Shown piece after piece: positions 29,009-40,629 of a stretch of 64,000 bases of DNA; position 1 is the stretch's first letter, and each line of letters begins with the position of its first letter. The stretch is from Bacteroidota bacterium. GTDB taxonomy: Bacteria > Bacteroidota > Bacteroidia > Bacteroidales > UBA12077. Below the pieces are notes generated by a model that was given only the letters and a program-made list of their open reading frames with translations, searched no databases and had not been told where the DNA came from. Made by a program: the position numbers and the translations under genes. The stretch covers positions 11,191 to 75,190 of the forward strand of contig JAXHVS010000002.1 in assembly GCA_034189025.1 (NCBI GenBank), written 5' to 3'.

Positions 29009-29637
29009 TGGAATTATCTATAGTTAATATAACAGGCGAAGATACCGGTAAAAAAGTTACCCTTAATGATTCGATTTTTAAAATCGAACCAAACGATCAT
29101 GTCATTTATTTGGATGTAAAACAATATTTGGCTAACAAACGTCAGGGTACTCATAAAGCTAAAGAAAGAAATGAGATTGCCGGTAGTACAAAAAAGATTA
29201 AACGACAAAAAGGTACTGGAACTGCACGAGCAGGGAGTATAAAATCTCCTGTTTTTAGAGGTGGAGGAAGAGTATTTGGCCCAAAACCCAGAGATTACTC
29301 TTTTAAGCTAAATAAAAAAGTAAAACAGTTAGCTCGTAAATCAGCTTTAAGTTATAAAGCAATTGATAACAATATTAAAGTATTAGAAAACTTTAATTTT
29401 GAAGTTCCTAAAACCAAAAAAATTGTTGATCTACGAAATAATTTAGGAGTAGCTGATAAAAAAGTACTTTTAGTTTTATCTGAACAAAATAAAAATATAT
29501 ATTTGTCATCCAGAAATTTACAGGATGTTAAAGTTGTAAGTGTTTCAGATATAAATACTTACGATATAGTAAATGCATCAGTTGTCCTCTTTGTAGAGAA
29601 CTCAATTGAACCATTACATAAAATGTTTAAAATTTAG
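29008..29637 (+). CDS. rplD: 50S ribosomal protein L4
   Basis: 209 aa; ...[24 protein letters not shown]...P..RGGG..FGP; TAATG overlap with rplC. Confidence 0.95.
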   Translation: MELSIVNITGEDTGKKVTLNDSIFKIEPNDHVIYLDVKQYLANKRQGTHKAKERNEIAGSTKKIKRQKGTGTARAGSIKSPVFRGGGRVFGPKPRDYSFKLNKKVKQLARKSALSYKAIDNNIKVLENFNFEVPKTKKIVDLRNNLGVADKKVLLVLSEQNKNIYLSSRNLQDVKVVSVSDINTYDIVNASVVLFVENSIEPLHKMFKI

Positions 29638-29651
29638 AAAAAATTATAACA

Positions 29652-29942
29652 ATGGATATTTTGTTAAAACCAATAGTAACCGAAAAAATGACTACGCAGG
29701 GTGAAGGCCTGAACAGATTCGGTTTTATTGTGGATATAAGAGCAAATAAAGTACAGATTAAAAATGCTGTAGAGGAAATGTATGGTGTATCAGTTGAGGC
29801 TGTTAATACTATGCGTTATCTGGGTAAGGAAAAATCCCGCTATACTAAGTCGGGAATTATTCAAGGACAATCAAAATCTTTTAAGAAAGCGATTGTAACA
29901 TTAGTTGATGGAGAAAAAATTGATTTTTATAGCAATATTTAA
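29652..29942 (+). CDS. rplW: 50S ribosomal protein L23
   Basis: 96 aa; L23-like ([10 protein letters not shown]...KKAIVTL); conserved order. Confidence 0.95.
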   Translation: MDILLKPIVTEKMTTQGEGLNRFGFIVDIRANKVQIKNAVEEMYGVSVEAVNTMRYLGKEKSRYTKSGIIQGQSKSFKKAIVTLVDGEKIDFYSNI

Positions 29943-29947
29943 TTAAT

Positions 29948-30772
29948 ATGGCAGTAAGAAAATTAAAACCTGTAACACCAGGACAAAGACATAAAATTAT
30001 TGGTGCTTTTGATGTAATCACCAAAAGTACACCGGAAAAATCTTTGTTAGCACCCCTTAAAAAATCAGGCGGTAGAAATAGCGATGGGAAAATGACGATG
30101 CGTTATCTTGGCGGAGGCCATAAACAAAGATATCGAATCATTGATTTTTTGCGCAACAAAGATGGAATGGAAGCTACGGTAAAAAGTATTGAATACGATC
30201 CAAATAGAACCGCAAGAATTGCATTGGTAGTATATGAAGATGGTGAGAAAAAATATATCATTGCTCCTAATGGATTACAAGTAGGACAAAAAATTAAATC
30301 TGGTGAAGGAGTTGACCCAGAAGTAGGAAACACATTGTTCTTAGCAAACATTCCATTAGGTACTATTATTCATAATATTGAATTACATCCAGGTAAGGGT
30401 GGTGCATTAGCCCGTAGTGCTGGATCTTATGCACAGCTTACATCTCGCGATGGAAAATATGCAATTGTTAAGTTACCCTCTGGAGAATCAAGAATGATAT
30501 TAACCACTTGCCGTGCTACAATTGGTACTGTTTCAAATGCCGACCATAGCCTTGAAATATCAGGTAAAGCCGGACGTAAAAGATGGTTAGGCAGAAGGCC
30601 AAGAGTACGTGGTGTTGTGATGAATCCAGTGGACCATCCAATGGGTGGTGGTGAAGGAAGAGCCTCGGGTGGTCATCCAAGATCAAGAAATGGAGTACCT
30701 GCCAAAGGTTACAAAACAAGAGCCAGAAAGAAGGCTTCGAATAAGTATATTGTTGAAAAACGTAAGAAATAA
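29948..30772 (+). CDS. rplB: 50S ribosomal protein L2
   Basis: 274 aa; GGGHKQRYR, ...[14 protein letters not shown]... Confidence 0.97.
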   Translation: MAVRKLKPVTPGQRHKIIGAFDVITKSTPEKSLLAPLKKSGGRNSDGKMTMRYLGGGHKQRYRIIDFLRNKDGMEATVKSIEYDPNRTARIALVVYEDGEKKYIIAPNGLQVGQKIKSGEGVDPEVGNTLFLANIPLGTIIHNIELHPGKGGALARSAGSYAQLTSRDGKYAIVKLPSGESRMILTTCRATIGTVSNADHSLEISGKAGRKRWLGRRPRVRGVVMNPVDHPMGGGEGRASGGHPRSRNGVPAKGYKTRARKKASNKYIVEKRKK

Positions 30773-30783
30773 AAAAGATTGCT

Positions 30784-31050
30784 ATGAGTCGATCATTGAA
30801 AAAAGGCCCATTTATTGATTATAAACTTGAGAAAAGAGTTCTTGAAATGAACGAATCAGGAAAAAAATCTGTAGTTAAAACCTGGTCACGCAGGTCTATG
30901 ATTTCACCAGATTTTGTTGGGCATACTATTGCAGTTCACAATGGAAATAAATTTATCCCGGTATATGTTACTGAAAATATGGTAGGACATAAATTAGGAG
31001 AATTTGCTCCAACCAGAACATTTAGAGGCCATGCCGGAAATAAAAAATAA
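30784..31050 (+). CDS. rpsS: 30S ribosomal protein S19
   Basis: [10 protein letters not shown]...[13 protein letters not shown]...[16 protein letters not shown]. Confidence 0.97.
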   Translation: MSRSLKKGPFIDYKLEKRVLEMNESGKKSVVKTWSRRSMISPDFVGHTIAVHNGNKFIPVYVTENMVGHKLGEFAPTRTFRGHAGNKK

Positions 31051-31086
31051 ACCTACGATAGTATTATTTAAAAATATTAGATTAAA

Positions 31087-31506
31087 ATGGGTGCAAGAAA
31101 AAGAATAAGAGCGAATAAGATCAAAGAAAGCAAAAAAAATCAATATTTTGCTAAACTTAGAAATTGCCCTACTTCGCCACGAAAAATGCGATTAGTTGCT
31201 GATATGGTAAGAGGGATGGAAGTTAATAAAGCTCTTGATGTATTGAAATATAGTTCGAAAGAAGCATCAAATCGTTTAGAAAAATTACTTTTGTCAGCTA
31301 TTGCTAACTGGCAGGAAAAAAACGAAGGTGTTCGAATAGAAGATAGCAAATTAATCGTGAAAGAGATATTTGTTGATGGTGGAAGAACTTTAAAAAGGAT
31401 TCAACCGGCTCCACAAGGTAGAGCTCACAGAATTAGAAAGAGATCAAATCACGTGACATTAGTACTGGATAATTTAAATAACAACGATACTCAAACAGAA
31501 CAATAG
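31087..31506 (+). CDS. rplV: 50S ribosomal protein L22
   Basis: 139 aa; ...[18 protein letters not shown]... L22 core; conserved order. Confidence 0.95.
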   Translation: MGARKRIRANKIKESKKNQYFAKLRNCPTSPRKMRLVADMVRGMEVNKALDVLKYSSKEASNRLEKLLLSAIANWQEKNEGVRIEDSKLIVKEIFVDGGRTLKRIQPAPQGRAHRIRKRSNHVTLVLDNLNNNDTQTEQ

Positions 31507-32211
31507 ATGGGACAAAAAGTTAATCCGATAGGAAATCGATTGGGAATCATTAAAGGATGGGATTCTAATTGGTACGGTGGAAAAAACTATGCTGACAAGC
31601 TGGTTGAGGATAATAAGATTAGAAAATATCTTGAAGCTCGATTAGCCAAAGCAAGTATATCTAAGATTGTTATTGAAAGAACTTTAAAATTAATAACCGT
31701 TACGGTTAATACCGCACGTCCGGGAATTATTATTGGTAAAGGTGGCCAGGAAGTAGATAAACTTAAAGAAGAGTTAAAAAAGATTACTCATAAAGAGGTT
31801 CAGATTAATATTTTCGAAGTGAAAAGGCCGGAACTTGATGCTACTATCGTTGGCAATGCTATTGCAAGACAAATCGAAGGTAAAGTGTCATACCGTCGAG
31901 CGATTAAAATGGCAATTGCTTCTACCATGAGAATGGGTGCTGAAGGAATTAAAGTTCAAATTTCTGGACGTTTGGGTGGTGCAGAAATGGCTCGTACCGA
32001 AGTTTATAAAGAAGGACGTACGCCATTGCACACATTTCGTGCCGATATCGATTATACGTTAAGCGAAGCATTAACTAAAGTTGGTTTAATTGGTATTAAA
32101 GTTTGGATTTGTAGAGGTGAGATTTTTGGGAAAAGAGATCTTTCGCCAAATATTGGTGCCTCAAAAAACCAAAAACCATCTAAAGGTGGCTTCAAGAAAA
32201 AAAGAAAATAA
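31507..32211 (+). CDS. rpsC: 30S ribosomal protein S3
   Basis: [14 protein letters not shown]...KH domain [11 protein letters not shown]; basic C-terminal tail. Confidence 0.97.
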   Translation: MGQKVNPIGNRLGIIKGWDSNWYGGKNYADKLVEDNKIRKYLEARLAKASISKIVIERTLKLITVTVNTARPGIIIGKGGQEVDKLKEELKKITHKEVQINIFEVKRPELDATIVGNAIARQIEGKVSYRRAIKMAIASTMRMGAEGIKVQISGRLGGAEMARTEVYKEGRTPLHTFRADIDYTLSEALTKVGLIGIKVWICRGEIFGKRDLSPNIGASKNQKPSKGGFKKKRK

Positions 32212-32236
32212 GCGATAAATTAAATTTATTATTGGA

Positions 32237-32665
32237 ATGTTACAGCCAAAGAAAACGAAATACAGAAGAGTCCAAAAGGGTAAAATGAAAGGAAATGCCC
32301 AACGAGGAAATCAATTGGCCTTTGGTTCATTTGGAATCAAAGCAATGGAAGAGTGCTGGATTACAGGACGACAAATTGAGGCCGCTCGACAAGCAGTGAC
32401 TCGTTATATGAAGCGTGAAGGCCAAATCTGGATAAGGATTTTTCCAGACAAGCCAATCACCAAAAAGCCAGCTGAAGTACGTATGGGTAAAGGTCGTGGA
32501 GCACCAGAAGGATTTGTAGCACCAGTAAGGCCTGGACGTATTTTAATTGAAGCCGAAGGTGTATCTCTTAAAGTAGCACAAGAAGCATTACGTCTTGCAG
32601 CTCAAAAATTACCAATCCCAACGAAGTTCGTTGTTAGACGTGATTATGTTGAAAACATAAATTAG
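32237..32665 (+). CDS. rplP: 50S ribosomal protein L16
   Basis: [19 protein letters not shown]...[10 protein letters not shown]. Confidence 0.97.
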   Translation: MLQPKKTKYRRVQKGKMKGNAQRGNQLAFGSFGIKAMEECWITGRQIEAARQAVTRYMKREGQIWIRIFPDKPITKKPAEVRMGKGRGAPEGFVAPVRPGRILIEAEGVSLKVAQEALRLAAQKLPIPTKFVVRRDYVENIN

Positions 32666-32671
32666 TAAGAA

Positions 32672-32878
32672 ATGAAGAATTCTGAAATTAGAGAATTAAC
32701 AACAAAGGAGATTGAGGAAAGAATCGATACAGAAAAAACGATGCTTACTCGTCTAAAGCTTAATCATGCCGTGTCTCCTTTAGACAATCCTTTGAAAATT
32801 AAACAAACACGCAAGAATATTGCAAGATTAATGACTGAGTTGCGTAAAAGAGAATTAAAAGAAAATTCGAATAGTTAA
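32672..32878 (+). CDS. rpmC: 50S ribosomal protein L29
   Basis: 68 aa; ...IRELT..E......EK..L..L... L29 pattern; conserved order. Confidence 0.93.
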   Translation: MKNSEIRELTTKEIEERIDTEKTMLTRLKLNHAVSPLDNPLKIKQTRKNIARLMTELRKRELKENSNS

Positions 32879-32887
32879 TTTTTAACA

Positions 32888-33148
32888 ATGGAAACAACAA
32901 GAAGACTGAGAAAAGAACGTATTGGTGTTGTTGTTAGCAATAAAATGGATAAAACCATTGTAATTGCTGTAGAACGAAAAGTAAAACATCCAAAGTACGG
33001 CAAATTCATCAAAAGCAGGAAAAAATTTACTGCACACGATGAAGAAAATACTTGCAATATAGGCGATACTGTTAGAATTATGGAAACAAGGCCTTTAAGC
33101 AAAAATAAATGTTGGAGATTAGTAGAAATTATTGAAAGAGTTAAATAG
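32888..33148 (+). CDS. rpsQ: 30S ribosomal protein S17
   Basis: 86 aa; ...[15 protein letters not shown]...HP.YGK... S17 pattern. Confidence 0.95.
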   Translation: METTRRLRKERIGVVVSNKMDKTIVIAVERKVKHPKYGKFIKSRKKFTAHDEENTCNIGDTVRIMETRPLSKNKCWRLVEIIERVK

Positions 33149-33150
33149 TC

Positions 33151-33516
33151 ATGATACAACAAGAAAGTAGACTAACAGTTGCTGACAACAGCGGAGCCAA
33201 AGAGGTGTTGTGTGTACGAGTATTAGGAGGTACACATAAAAGATATGCTTCTATTGGCGATCAGATCGTAGTAACTGTTAAAAGTGCTTTACCATCAGGT
33301 GAAATAAAAAAAGGAACAGTATCAAAAGCTGTTGTCGTTAGAACAAGAAAAGAAGTTCGTAGGCCCGATGGCTCTTATATACGTTTTGACAACAATGCTG
33401 TTGTATTGTTAAATAATGTAGGTGAAATTCGTGGTACACGTATTTTTGGCCCAATACCAAGAGAATTACGTGAAAATTATATGAAAATCATTTCATTAGC
33501 TCCAGAAGTATTATAA
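33151..33516 (+). CDS. rplN: 50S ribosomal protein L14
   Basis: [25 protein letters not shown]. Confidence 0.97.
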   Translation: MIQQESRLTVADNSGAKEVLCVRVLGGTHKRYASIGDQIVVTVKSALPSGEIKKGTVSKAVVVRTRKEVRRPDGSYIRFDNNAVVLLNNVGEIRGTRIFGPIPRELRENYMKIISLAPEVL

Positions 33517-33533
33517 TTTAAAATCATTGCTGC

Positions 33534-33860
33534 ATGCAAAGGAAGAAATTACACATAAAAAAAGGCGATACGGTTTACGTAAATGCAGGTGAATATAAAG
33601 GACAACAAGGCAAAGTACTTGAAGTAATTTACGACAAGGAAAAAGCAATTGTTGAAGGTGTGAACATGGTTTCTAAACACACAAAGCCTAATGCAAATAA
33701 CCCACAAGGTGGAATCGTAAAAATGGAAGCACCAATTCATATTTCTAACCTAATGGTTGTTGACCCATCAACAGGAGAACCAACCAGAGTGGGTAGAAAG
33801 TTAAATGATAAAAATAAATTAGTGCGATATTCAAAAAAATCAGGAGAGGAGATTAAGTAA
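33534..33860 (+). CDS. rplX: 50S ribosomal protein L24
   Basis: 108 aa; KKGDTV.V..G..KG..GKVL.V (KOW motif); conserved order. Confidence 0.95.
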   Translation: MQRKKLHIKKGDTVYVNAGEYKGQQGKVLEVIYDKEKAIVEGVNMVSKHTKPNANNPQGGIVKMEAPIHISNLMVVDPSTGEPTRVGRKLNDKNKLVRYSKKSGEEIK

Positions 33861-34417
33861 TGGAATATACGCCTTTATTAAGAGAAAAATACAGAAAAGA
33901 GATTATACCAGCTTTAACAAAGGAATTTAAGTACAAAACAATAATGGAAGTTCCAAGGCTGGTTAAGATAACGCTAAACCAGGGCGTGGGTCAGGCAGTT
34001 GCTGATAAAAAAATGATCGAAACTGCACAAGAAGAATTAACACTTATTGCTGGGCAAAAAGCTGTTAAAACTTATTCTAAAAAAGATATCTCTAACTTTA
34101 AATTGCGTAGAGGAATGCCTATTGGTGTGAAAGTTACTTTACGTAGAGATAAAATGTATGAGTTTATGGAAAGGCTTATTGCTATTTCTTTACCCAGAAT
34201 CAGAGATTTTAACGGTGTTAGTTCTAAATTTGACGGACGCGGAAACTATACATTAGGTATTCAGGAACAAATTATTTTCCCTGAAATTGATCTTGATAAA
34301 ATCAATAAAATTTTAGGATTAGAAATCACATTTGTTACTACTGCTAAAACCGATGAAGAAGGATTAGCCTTGTTACGCGAATTTGGAATACCATTTAAAA
34401 ATATTAAAAAGAAATAA
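33860..34417 (+). CDS. rplE: 50S ribosomal protein L5
   Basis: 185 aa; ...P.L.KI..N.GVG...D.K......EL..I.GQK... L5 pattern; TAATG overlap with rplX. Confidence 0.96.
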   Translation: MEYTPLLREKYRKEIIPALTKEFKYKTIMEVPRLVKITLNQGVGQAVADKKMIETAQEELTLIAGQKAVKTYSKKDISNFKLRRGMPIGVKVTLRRDKMYEFMERLIAISLPRIRDFNGVSSKFDGRGNYTLGIQEQIIFPEIDLDKINKILGLEITFVTTAKTDEEGLALLREFGIPFKNIKKK

Positions 34418-34422
34418 ATAGT

Positions 34423-34692
34423 ATGGCTAAAGAATCAATGAAAGCCCGAGAAAGAAGGCGACAAAAATTGGTTGATAAGTACGCTGAGAAAAGAGCAAAA
34501 CTTAAAGCTGAAGGTGATTATGTTGGATTAAGCAGATTACCAAAAAACTCTAATCCAATCCGGTTACACAATAGATGTTTAATTACCGGACGGCCAAAAG
34601 GATATATGCGACAATTTGGTATTAGCAGAATTACCTTTAGAGAAATGGCATCAAAAGGGTTAATACCAGGAGTTAAGAAGGCAAGTTGGTAG
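34423..34692 (+). CDS. rpsN: 30S ribosomal protein S14
   Basis: 89 aa; [16 protein letters not shown]...R..LK, C-terminal [21 protein letters not shown]. Confidence 0.95.
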   Translation: MAKESMKARERRRQKLVDKYAEKRAKLKAEGDYVGLSRLPKNSNPIRLHNRCLITGRPKGYMRQFGISRITFREMASKGLIPGVKKASW

Positions 34693-34717
34693 ATTGTAAT
34701 TAAAATAAAGAACAGAT

Positions 34718-35116
34718 ATGATCACAGATCCTATAGCAGATTATCTTACTCACATTAGAAATGCCGTGATGGCAGGTCATAGAGTAGTAGAAATTCCAGC
34801 TTCAAACCTAAAAAGAGATATTACAAAAATATTATTTGATAAAGGATATATTTTATCTTATAAGTTTGAAGATGACGATAAACAAGGTATAATTAAAATA
34901 GCATTAAAATATCACCCAGAAACAAAAGCCCCAGCTATTCGAAAGATTATCAGGGCAAGTAAACCAGGGCTGAGAAAATATGTTGGAGCCGATGAAATTC
35001 CACGGGTACTCAATGGATTAGGTGTGGCTATTTTATCTACATCAAAAGGGGTTATCTCTGATAAAGAAGCACGTACCTTGAATGTGGGTGGTGAAGTTTT
35101 ATGTTATGTACATTAA
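34718..35116 (+). CDS. rpsH: 30S ribosomal protein S8
   Basis: [15 protein letters not shown]...; C-terminal GGEVLCYV. Confidence 0.96.
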   Translation: MITDPIADYLTHIRNAVMAGHRVVEIPASNLKRDITKILFDKGYILSYKFEDDDKQGIIKIALKYHPETKAPAIRKIIRASKPGLRKYVGADEIPRVLNGLGVAILSTSKGVISDKEARTLNVGGEVLCYVH

Positions 35117-35132
35117 AAAGGAGGATATTTAA

Positions 35133-35687
35133 ATGTCACGAATTGGAATATTACCCGTTAAAATACCTGGAGGAGTTACGGTTTCTGTAAATAACACAAA
35201 TGAGGTATTGGTGAAAGGGCCAAAAGGTGAATTATCACAAAAGGTTGATCAAGATATTCAGGTTAAAGTGAATGATGGCCAGGTTGAATTAAAACGATTA
35301 GGCGAAGAAAAACGTCATAAATCATTGCATGGTTTATATCGTTCTTTAATAAACAATATGGTTATTGGAGTATCAGAAGGATATACTATTCAACAAGAGT
35401 TGGTGGGTGTAGGTTATCGAGCCGAAGCCAAAGGACAAATTCTTGAACTTAGTCTTGGATATTCACATGATATTTACTTTCAGATACCTGATGAAGTTAA
35501 AGTTGAAGCTAAGCAGGAACGTAGAAATAATCCAATTATAACTTTAACTAGTTGTAACAAACAAGTTATTGGTGAAGTTGCTGCTAAAATTAGGTCATTT
35601 AGGCCACCAGAACCATATAAAGGTAAAGGTATTAAATTTGTCGGCGAACAATTACGCAGAAAAGCCGGTAAATCTGCTAGTGTATAA
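35133..35687 (+). CDS. rplF: 50S ribosomal protein L6
   Basis: MSRIG.LP..IP.GV.V......V.VKGPKGEL...EPYKGKGI. Confidence 0.96.
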   Translation: MSRIGILPVKIPGGVTVSVNNTNEVLVKGPKGELSQKVDQDIQVKVNDGQVELKRLGEEKRHKSLHGLYRSLINNMVIGVSEGYTIQQELVGVGYRAEAKGQILELSLGYSHDIYFQIPDEVKVEAKQERRNNPIITLTSCNKQVIGEVAAKIRSFRPPEPYKGKGIKFVGEQLRRKAGKSASV

Positions 35688-35707
35688 CATATTAAATTAA
35701 TATAGTC

Positions 35708-36067
35708 ATGGCTTTAACAAAGCAACAAAGAAGATATAGAATTAAATGGCGAATTCGTAAACATATAAAAGGAACTGCCCAAAAACCCAGAATGTCGGTT
35801 TTCAGAAGCAATAGCCAAATATATGTTCAATTTATTGATGATTTAGAAAACAAAACCTTATTAGCAGTTTGTTCAAGAAATAAAGAAATAGCTGAAAAAG
35901 GAAAGGTTTCTAAAACAGAACAAGCCAAATTAGTAGGAAATTTAGCCGCTAAAAAAGCATTAGAAAATGGAATTACCCAGGTAGTATTTGATAGAAACGG
36001 CTATTTATATCATGGTAGAGTTCAATCATTAGCAGAAGCCGCCAGAAAAGGTGGACTAAAATTTTAA
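35708..36067 (+). CDS. rplR: 50S ribosomal protein L18
   Basis: 119 aa; ...PR.SVFRSN..IY.Q.IDD......VFDR.GY.YHGR...LA.AAR..GL.F. Confidence 0.95.
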   Translation: MALTKQQRRYRIKWRIRKHIKGTAQKPRMSVFRSNSQIYVQFIDDLENKTLLAVCSRNKEIAEKGKVSKTEQAKLVGNLAAKKALENGITQVVFDRNGYLYHGRVQSLAEAARKGGLKF

Positions 36068-36079
36068 GATTAAGATATT

Positions 36080-36595
36080 ATGTCAACAAGTATAAGAAAA
36101 GTAAAAACCAGCGATTTAGAGTTAAAAGACAGACTCGTAAGTATACAAAGAGTAACCAAAGTAACTAAGGGTGGACGTAATTTTGGTTTTACTGCAATTG
36201 TAGTAGTTGGTAATGAAGATGGCATTGTAGGATATGGTTTAGGAAAAGCTAAAGAGGTAACTACAGCTATTGCTAAAGGAGTTGAAGCAGCTAAGAAGAA
36301 TTTAGTAAAAGTTCCTATTTATAAAGGTACAATACCTCATGAACAAATAAGTAGATATGGAGGTGCACAAGTATTTTTAAAGCCCGCATCACATGGTACC
36401 GGAGTAAAAGCTGGTGGTGCAATGCGTGCTGTACTTGAAAGTGTAGGTGTTACTGATGTTCTTGCAAAATCAAAAGGATCAAGTAACCCCCATAATCTTG
36501 TGAAAGCAACTATTGATGCATTACTTCAATTAAGAGATGCCAGAGCTGTTGCTGAACAACGAAGTGTTACTCTTGATAAAGTTTTTAATGGATAA
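36080..36595 (+). CDS. rpsE: 30S ribosomal protein S5
   Basis: 171 aa; ...V.I.RV.KV.KGGR.F.F.A.VVVGN..G.VG.G.GKA.EV..AI. Confidence 0.96.
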   Translation: MSTSIRKVKTSDLELKDRLVSIQRVTKVTKGGRNFGFTAIVVVGNEDGIVGYGLGKAKEVTTAIAKGVEAAKKNLVKVPIYKGTIPHEQISRYGGAQVFLKPASHGTGVKAGGAMRAVLESVGVTDVLAKSKGSSNPHNLVKATIDALLQLRDARAVAEQRSVTLDKVFNG

Positions 36596-36617
36596 TGATC
36601 TTTAATAAAGATATCTT

Positions 36618-36797
36618 ATGGCTAAAATAACAATTACACAAGTAAAGAGTAAAATTAGAAGCACAAAGCGTCAGAAAAGAACTTTGGAAGCTTTAGGGAT
36701 AAAAAAAATGAATAACCCTATTGAGGTGGAAGATAATCCACAAATATTAGGAATGATTACAAAAGTTAATCATTTATTACGGGTTGAAAAAAAGTAA
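36618..36797 (+). CDS. rpmD: 50S ribosomal protein L30
   Basis: Below the ORF-track size cut-off. My translation is MAKITITQVKSKIRSTKRQKRTLEALGIKKMNNPIEVEDNPQILGMITKVNHLLRVEKK (59 aa), the L30 pattern, lying between rpsE and rplO. Confidence 0.9.
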   Translation: MAKITITQVKSKIRSTKRQKRTLEALGIKKMNNPIEVEDNPQILGMITKVNHLLRVEKK

Positions 36798-36824
36798 TAA
36801 CAAATAATATTATATTGTAATACT

Positions 36825-37271
36825 ATGGAATTACATAATTTAAAACCAGCAGAAAACTCTACGAAAACTAGCAAGAGAATTGGAAGAGGACAAGGATCTG
36901 GTAAAGGAGGAACAGCAACAAGAGGACATAAAGGACAGAAATCAAGATCTGGATATTCCAGAAAAATTGGTTTCGAAGGTGGACAAATGCCTTTACAACG
37001 TAGAGTACCAAAATATGGTTTTACCAATTTATCCCGCAAAGAATTTAAAGGGATTAATATCGAGACATTAGAAAAATTAGCCGATAAAAAAGGGTTAACT
37101 ACAATTGATATTGATACTTTGATTGATGCAGGACTCGTTAAGAAAAATAGTTTAGTTAAAATTCTTGGAAATGGAACATTAACTAAAAAATTAGAAGTAA
37201 AAGCTCATGCTTTTTCTAAATCTGCCATCAAAGCCATTGAATCAGTTGAAGGAACCGTTGTAAAATTATAG
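36825..37271 (+). CDS. rplO: 50S ribosomal protein L15
   Basis: 148 aa; ...L.P..NS.K..KR.GRG.GSG.GGT..RGHKGQKSRSG. Confidence 0.95.
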   Translation: MELHNLKPAENSTKTSKRIGRGQGSGKGGTATRGHKGQKSRSGYSRKIGFEGGQMPLQRRVPKYGFTNLSRKEFKGINIETLEKLADKKGLTTIDIDTLIDAGLVKKNSLVKILGNGTLTKKLEVKAHAFSKSAIKAIESVEGTVVKL

Positions 37272-37275
37272 ATTA

Positions 37276-38616
37276 ATGAGAGCTTTAATACAAACCATAA
37301 AGAATATAGCTAAAATTGAGGACCTTAGATATCGAATAGGGTATACCATATTTATTTTGATAATTTATCGATTAGGAAGTTATATTGTTTTACCGGGGAT
37401 AGATCCGAATCAATTAACTGCTTTAGAGCAACAAACTTCTGATGGTGTTATGGGGTTGTTAAATATGTTTTCGGGCGGATCATTCTCCAGAGCATCTATC
37501 TTTGCTTTAGGAATCATGCCCTATATTTCTGCTTCTATTGTAATCCAGTTATTAGGAATTGCAATTCCTTACTTCCAAAGATTACAGCGTGAAGGAGAAA
37601 GTGGAAGACGCAAAATTAATCAGATAACAAGATATTTAACAGTAGCTATCTTAATTATGCAGGCACCAGCTTACTTAAAAAATTTACAAGTACAGCTTCC
37701 TGCATCAGCGTTTGTATTAAAAGGTACCTTTTTTTGGTTTTCATCGGTAGTTATTCTTACATCAGGAACCATGTTTGTTATGTGGCTTGGCGAAAGAATA
37801 ACCGATAAAGGAATCGGGAATGGAATATCGTTAATCATTATGATTGGTATTATAGCACGATTACCTTTTGCTTTATTTGCCGAATTCATTAGTAGATTTG
37901 AAGAACAAGGTGGCGGATTAGTTGCTTTCTTGTTAGAAATGGTCATATTATTCTTTGTATTCATAGCAACAATTCTTTTAGTGCAGGGAACAAGAAAAAT
38001 ACCTGTGCAATATGCTAAAAGGATTGTAGGAAACAAACAATATGGAGGTGTTAGACAATACATCCCTTTAAAAGTAAACTCTGCAGGTGTTATGCCTATT
38101 ATCTTTGCACAAGCATTGATGTTTATACCGTTAACCATTGCAGGTTTTGCAAATTCTGAATCTTTAACAGGGTTCGCGGCTGCATTTGCAAATATTACCG
38201 GTTTTTGGTATAACTTCACTTTTGCAATTTTAATTATTCTTTTTACCTATTTTTACACTGCCATTACTATAAATCCCTCTCAAATGGCAGAGGATATGAA
38301 AAAGAATGGAGGCTTTATTCCTGGTGTTAAACCGGGGCGTAAAACAGTTGAGTTTCTCGACACCATTATGTCTCGTATTACTTTACCAGGATCAATATTT
38401 TTAGCTTTAATAGCTATATTACCTGCTTTTGCTCAAATTGGTGGCGTAAATAGCCAATGGGCACAATTTTACGGTGGTACATCACTGTTAATTCTTGTAG
38501 GCGTTGTATTAGATACATTACAGCAAATTGAAAGTCATCTGTTAATGCGACACTATGATGGATTGTTAAAATCTGGAAGAATTAAAGGTAGAGCCGGAGG
38601 GGCTTCTGCTATTTAA
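37276..38616 (+). CDS. secY: preprotein translocase subunit SecY
   Basis: 446 aa, 10-TM pattern; ...FALGIMPYISASI..QLL..., ...GERIT..GIGNGISLII...; spc-operon position. Confidence 0.96.
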   Translation: MRALIQTIKNIAKIEDLRYRIGYTIFILIIYRLGSYIVLPGIDPNQLTALEQQTSDGVMGLLNMFSGGSFSRASIFALGIMPYISASIVIQLLGIAIPYFQRLQREGESGRRKINQITRYLTVAILIMQAPAYLKNLQVQLPASAFVLKGTFFWFSSVVILTSGTMFVMWLGERITDKGIGNGISLIIMIGIIARLPFALFAEFISRFEEQGGGLVAFLLEMVILFFVFIATILLVQGTRKIPVQYAKRIVGNKQYGGVRQYIPLKVNSAGVMPIIFAQALMFIPLTIAGFANSESLTGFAAAFANITGFWYNFTFAILIILFTYFYTAITINPSQMAEDMKKNGGFIPGVKPGRKTVEFLDTIMSRITLPGSIFLALIAILPAFAQIGGVNSQWAQFYGGTSLLILVGVVLDTLQQIESHLLMRHYDGLLKSGRIKGRAGGASAI

Positions 38617-38637
38617 TTGAATTATTAATGTTCTTTG

Positions 38638-39417
38638 ATGTTAGTTTTTAAAAGCCAAGAGGAAATTGAAATTATCAGACGAAATAATTTACTTGTTTCC
38701 AAAACATTGGCTGAGGTAGCAAGATTAGTGAAACCAGGTACTACAACGCTTGAGCTTGATAAAAGAGCTGAAGAGTTTATAAGAGATCATGGTGCAGTAC
38801 CAGGATTTCTTGGGTATGGAGGTTTTCCTAATTCATTATGTACTTCGGTTAATGATCAGGTAGTACATGGAATACCATCTGATTATGTATTGAAGGATGG
38901 AGACATTGTTTCGGTTGATTGTGGGACTTATATGGATGGCTATTATGGCGACTCTGCATACACATTCCCGGTAGGAGATGTTAGCGACGAAGTGATGCAG
39001 TTATTGCAAACGACAAAAGAATCGCTATTGTTAGGAGTTGAACAAGCTATTGAAGGAAATAGAGTAGGTGATATTGGTTATGCCGTACAGTTGCATGCCG
39101 AGAAAGCTGGTTACTCTGTAGTTCGTGAAATGGTTGGGCACGGTTTGGGAAAAGATATGCATGAAGCACCAGAAGTTCCTAATTATGGAAGAAGAGGAAG
39201 AGGAGTTAAGCTAAAGAAAGGATTAGTTTTGTGTATTGAGCCTATGATTAATATGGGTACAAAATACATAAAGCAAGATTCAGACGGTTGGACGATTCGT
39301 ACCTTAGATGGTAAACCCTCGGCTCATTATGAACTAGCAATTGCAGTTGATAAAGGGAAAGCAGATATATTAACAACATTTGAATATATCGAAGAAATTT
39401 TAAAAAATAAAATTTAG
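38638..39417 (+). CDS. map: type I methionine aminopeptidase
   Basis: Metal-ligand blocks ...GDIVSVDCG...DGYYGDSA..., ...VGHG.G...HE.P.V..., ...L.IEPM...; ATG at 38638 preferred over the TTG at 38635 used by the track. Confidence 0.92.
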   Translation: MLVFKSQEEIEIIRRNNLLVSKTLAEVARLVKPGTTTLELDKRAEEFIRDHGAVPGFLGYGGFPNSLCTSVNDQVVHGIPSDYVLKDGDIVSVDCGTYMDGYYGDSAYTFPVGDVSDEVMQLLQTTKESLLLGVEQAIEGNRVGDIGYAVQLHAEKAGYSVVREMVGHGLGKDMHEAPEVPNYGRRGRGVKLKKGLVLCIEPMINMGTKYIKQDSDGWTIRTLDGKPSAHYELAIAVDKGKADILTTFEYIEEILKNKI

Positions 39418-39420
39418 TTT

Positions 39421-39639
39421 ATGGCAAAACAACCTTCAATTGAACAAGACGGAACCATTATCGAAGCATTGTCAAATGCAATGTTTAGGGTAGAACTGGA
39501 AAATGGACACGTTATTACAGCACATATTTCAGGTAAAATGAGAATGCATTATATCAAAATTTTACCAGGAGATAAGGTTAAGGTTGAGATGTCTCCTTAT
39601 GATCTTACAAAAGGAAGAATAACTTATAGATATAAATAA
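39421..39639 (+). CDS. infA: translation initiation factor IF-1
   Basis: 72 aa; ...[16 protein letters not shown]...[30 protein letters not shown]. Confidence 0.96.
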   Translation: MAKQPSIEQDGTIIEALSNAMFRVELENGHVITAHISGKMRMHYIKILPGDKVKVEMSPYDLTKGRITYRYK

Positions 39640-39653
39640 AAAAGAAAATAAAA

Positions 39654-39770
39654 ATGAAAGTCAGAGCATCTGTAAAAAAACGCAGTAGCGAATGTAAAAT
39701 CGTTCGACGAAAAGGCAGGCTATACGTTATTAACAAAAAAAATCCTAAGTTTAAACAACGACAGGGATAA
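39654..39770 (+). CDS. rpmJ: 50S ribosomal protein L36
   Basis: Below the ORF-track size cut-off. My translation is [38 protein letters not shown] (38 aa), the L36 pattern, lying between infA and rpsM. Confidence 0.9.
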   Translation: MKVRASVKKRSSECKIVRRKGRLYVINKKNPKFKQRQG

Positions 39771-39804
39771 ATTATTAACTTTGTACTTTAATTAAATAAG
39801 ATTT

Positions 39805-40182
39805 ATGGCAAGAATTGTAGGAGTAGATTTACCAAAAAATAAAAGAGGTGTAATAGGTTTAACCTATATCTACGGAATAGGTCGAAGTACTGCAGAATCC
39901 GTATTAGATGAAGCAGGTATCGATTATAACATTAAAGTAAGTGACTGGAACGACGACCAAATTGCAAAGGTGCGTGAGATCGTGAATGAGAAATATAAGG
40001 TAGAAGGAGCATTGCGTTCCGAAGTTCAAATGAACATTAAACGATTAATGGATATTGGATGCTACCGTGGTATAAGACATCGTATTGGATTACCTGTACG
40101 AGGCCAAAGTACAAAAAATAATGCGAGAACCAGAAAAGGGAAAAGAAAAACTATTGCTAATAAAAAGAAAGCAACTAAATAA
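39805..40182 (+). CDS. rpsM: 30S ribosomal protein S13
   Basis: [23 protein letters not shown]...GLPVRGQ.TK.NART.KG. Confidence 0.96.
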   Translation: MARIVGVDLPKNKRGVIGLTYIYGIGRSTAESVLDEAGIDYNIKVSDWNDDQIAKVREIVNEKYKVEGALRSEVQMNIKRLMDIGCYRGIRHRIGLPVRGQSTKNNARTRKGKRKTIANKKKATK

Positions 40183-40192
40183 TCGTTAAGAA

Positions 40193-40582
40193 ATGGCAAA
40201 AAAGACTGGAACTTCTAGAAAAAAGGTTGTAAAGGTTGAAGCTACCGGACAAGCACACATACATGCTTCTTTTAATAATATCATTGTTTCATTAACCAAT
40301 AGTAATGGCCAGGTTATTTCATGGTCATCTTCTGGAAAGATGGGATTTAGAGGATCAAAAAAGAATACTCCTTATGCAGCACAAGTTGCAGCCGAGGATT
40401 GTGCAAAAGTAGCTTACGATCTTGGATTAAGAAAAGTAAAAGTGTTTGTTAAAGGGCCTGGTGCAGGTAGAGAATCAGCAATACGAACTATACATAATGC
40501 AGGTATAGAAGTTACCGAAATTGTTGATGTTACTCCATTACCACATAATGGATGCCGTCCTGCTGCCCGTAGAAGAGTATAA
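40193..40582 (+). CDS. rpsK: 30S ribosomal protein S11
   Basis: 129 aa; ...G.AHI.ASFNN.I...T...G......S.G..GF.GS.K.TP.AAQ...; C-terminal D.TP.PHNGCRP...RR. Confidence 0.96.
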   Translation: MAKKTGTSRKKVVKVEATGQAHIHASFNNIIVSLTNSNGQVISWSSSGKMGFRGSKKNTPYAAQVAAEDCAKVAYDLGLRKVKVFVKGPGAGRESAIRTIHNAGIEVTEIVDVTPLPHNGCRPAARRRV

Positions 40583-40629
40583 TGTGTGATTAATTTATTG
40601 AGGTAGAACAAAAGTTAATATTAAGATTC

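Noticed and set aside
37671-38219. 182-aa minus-strand ORF, the longest antisense ORF in the window
   Set aside because: It lies wholly inside secY. Its hydrophobic mirror composition follows from SecY codon usage, and there is no promoter-like box or plausible domain. Treated as a chance open frame.
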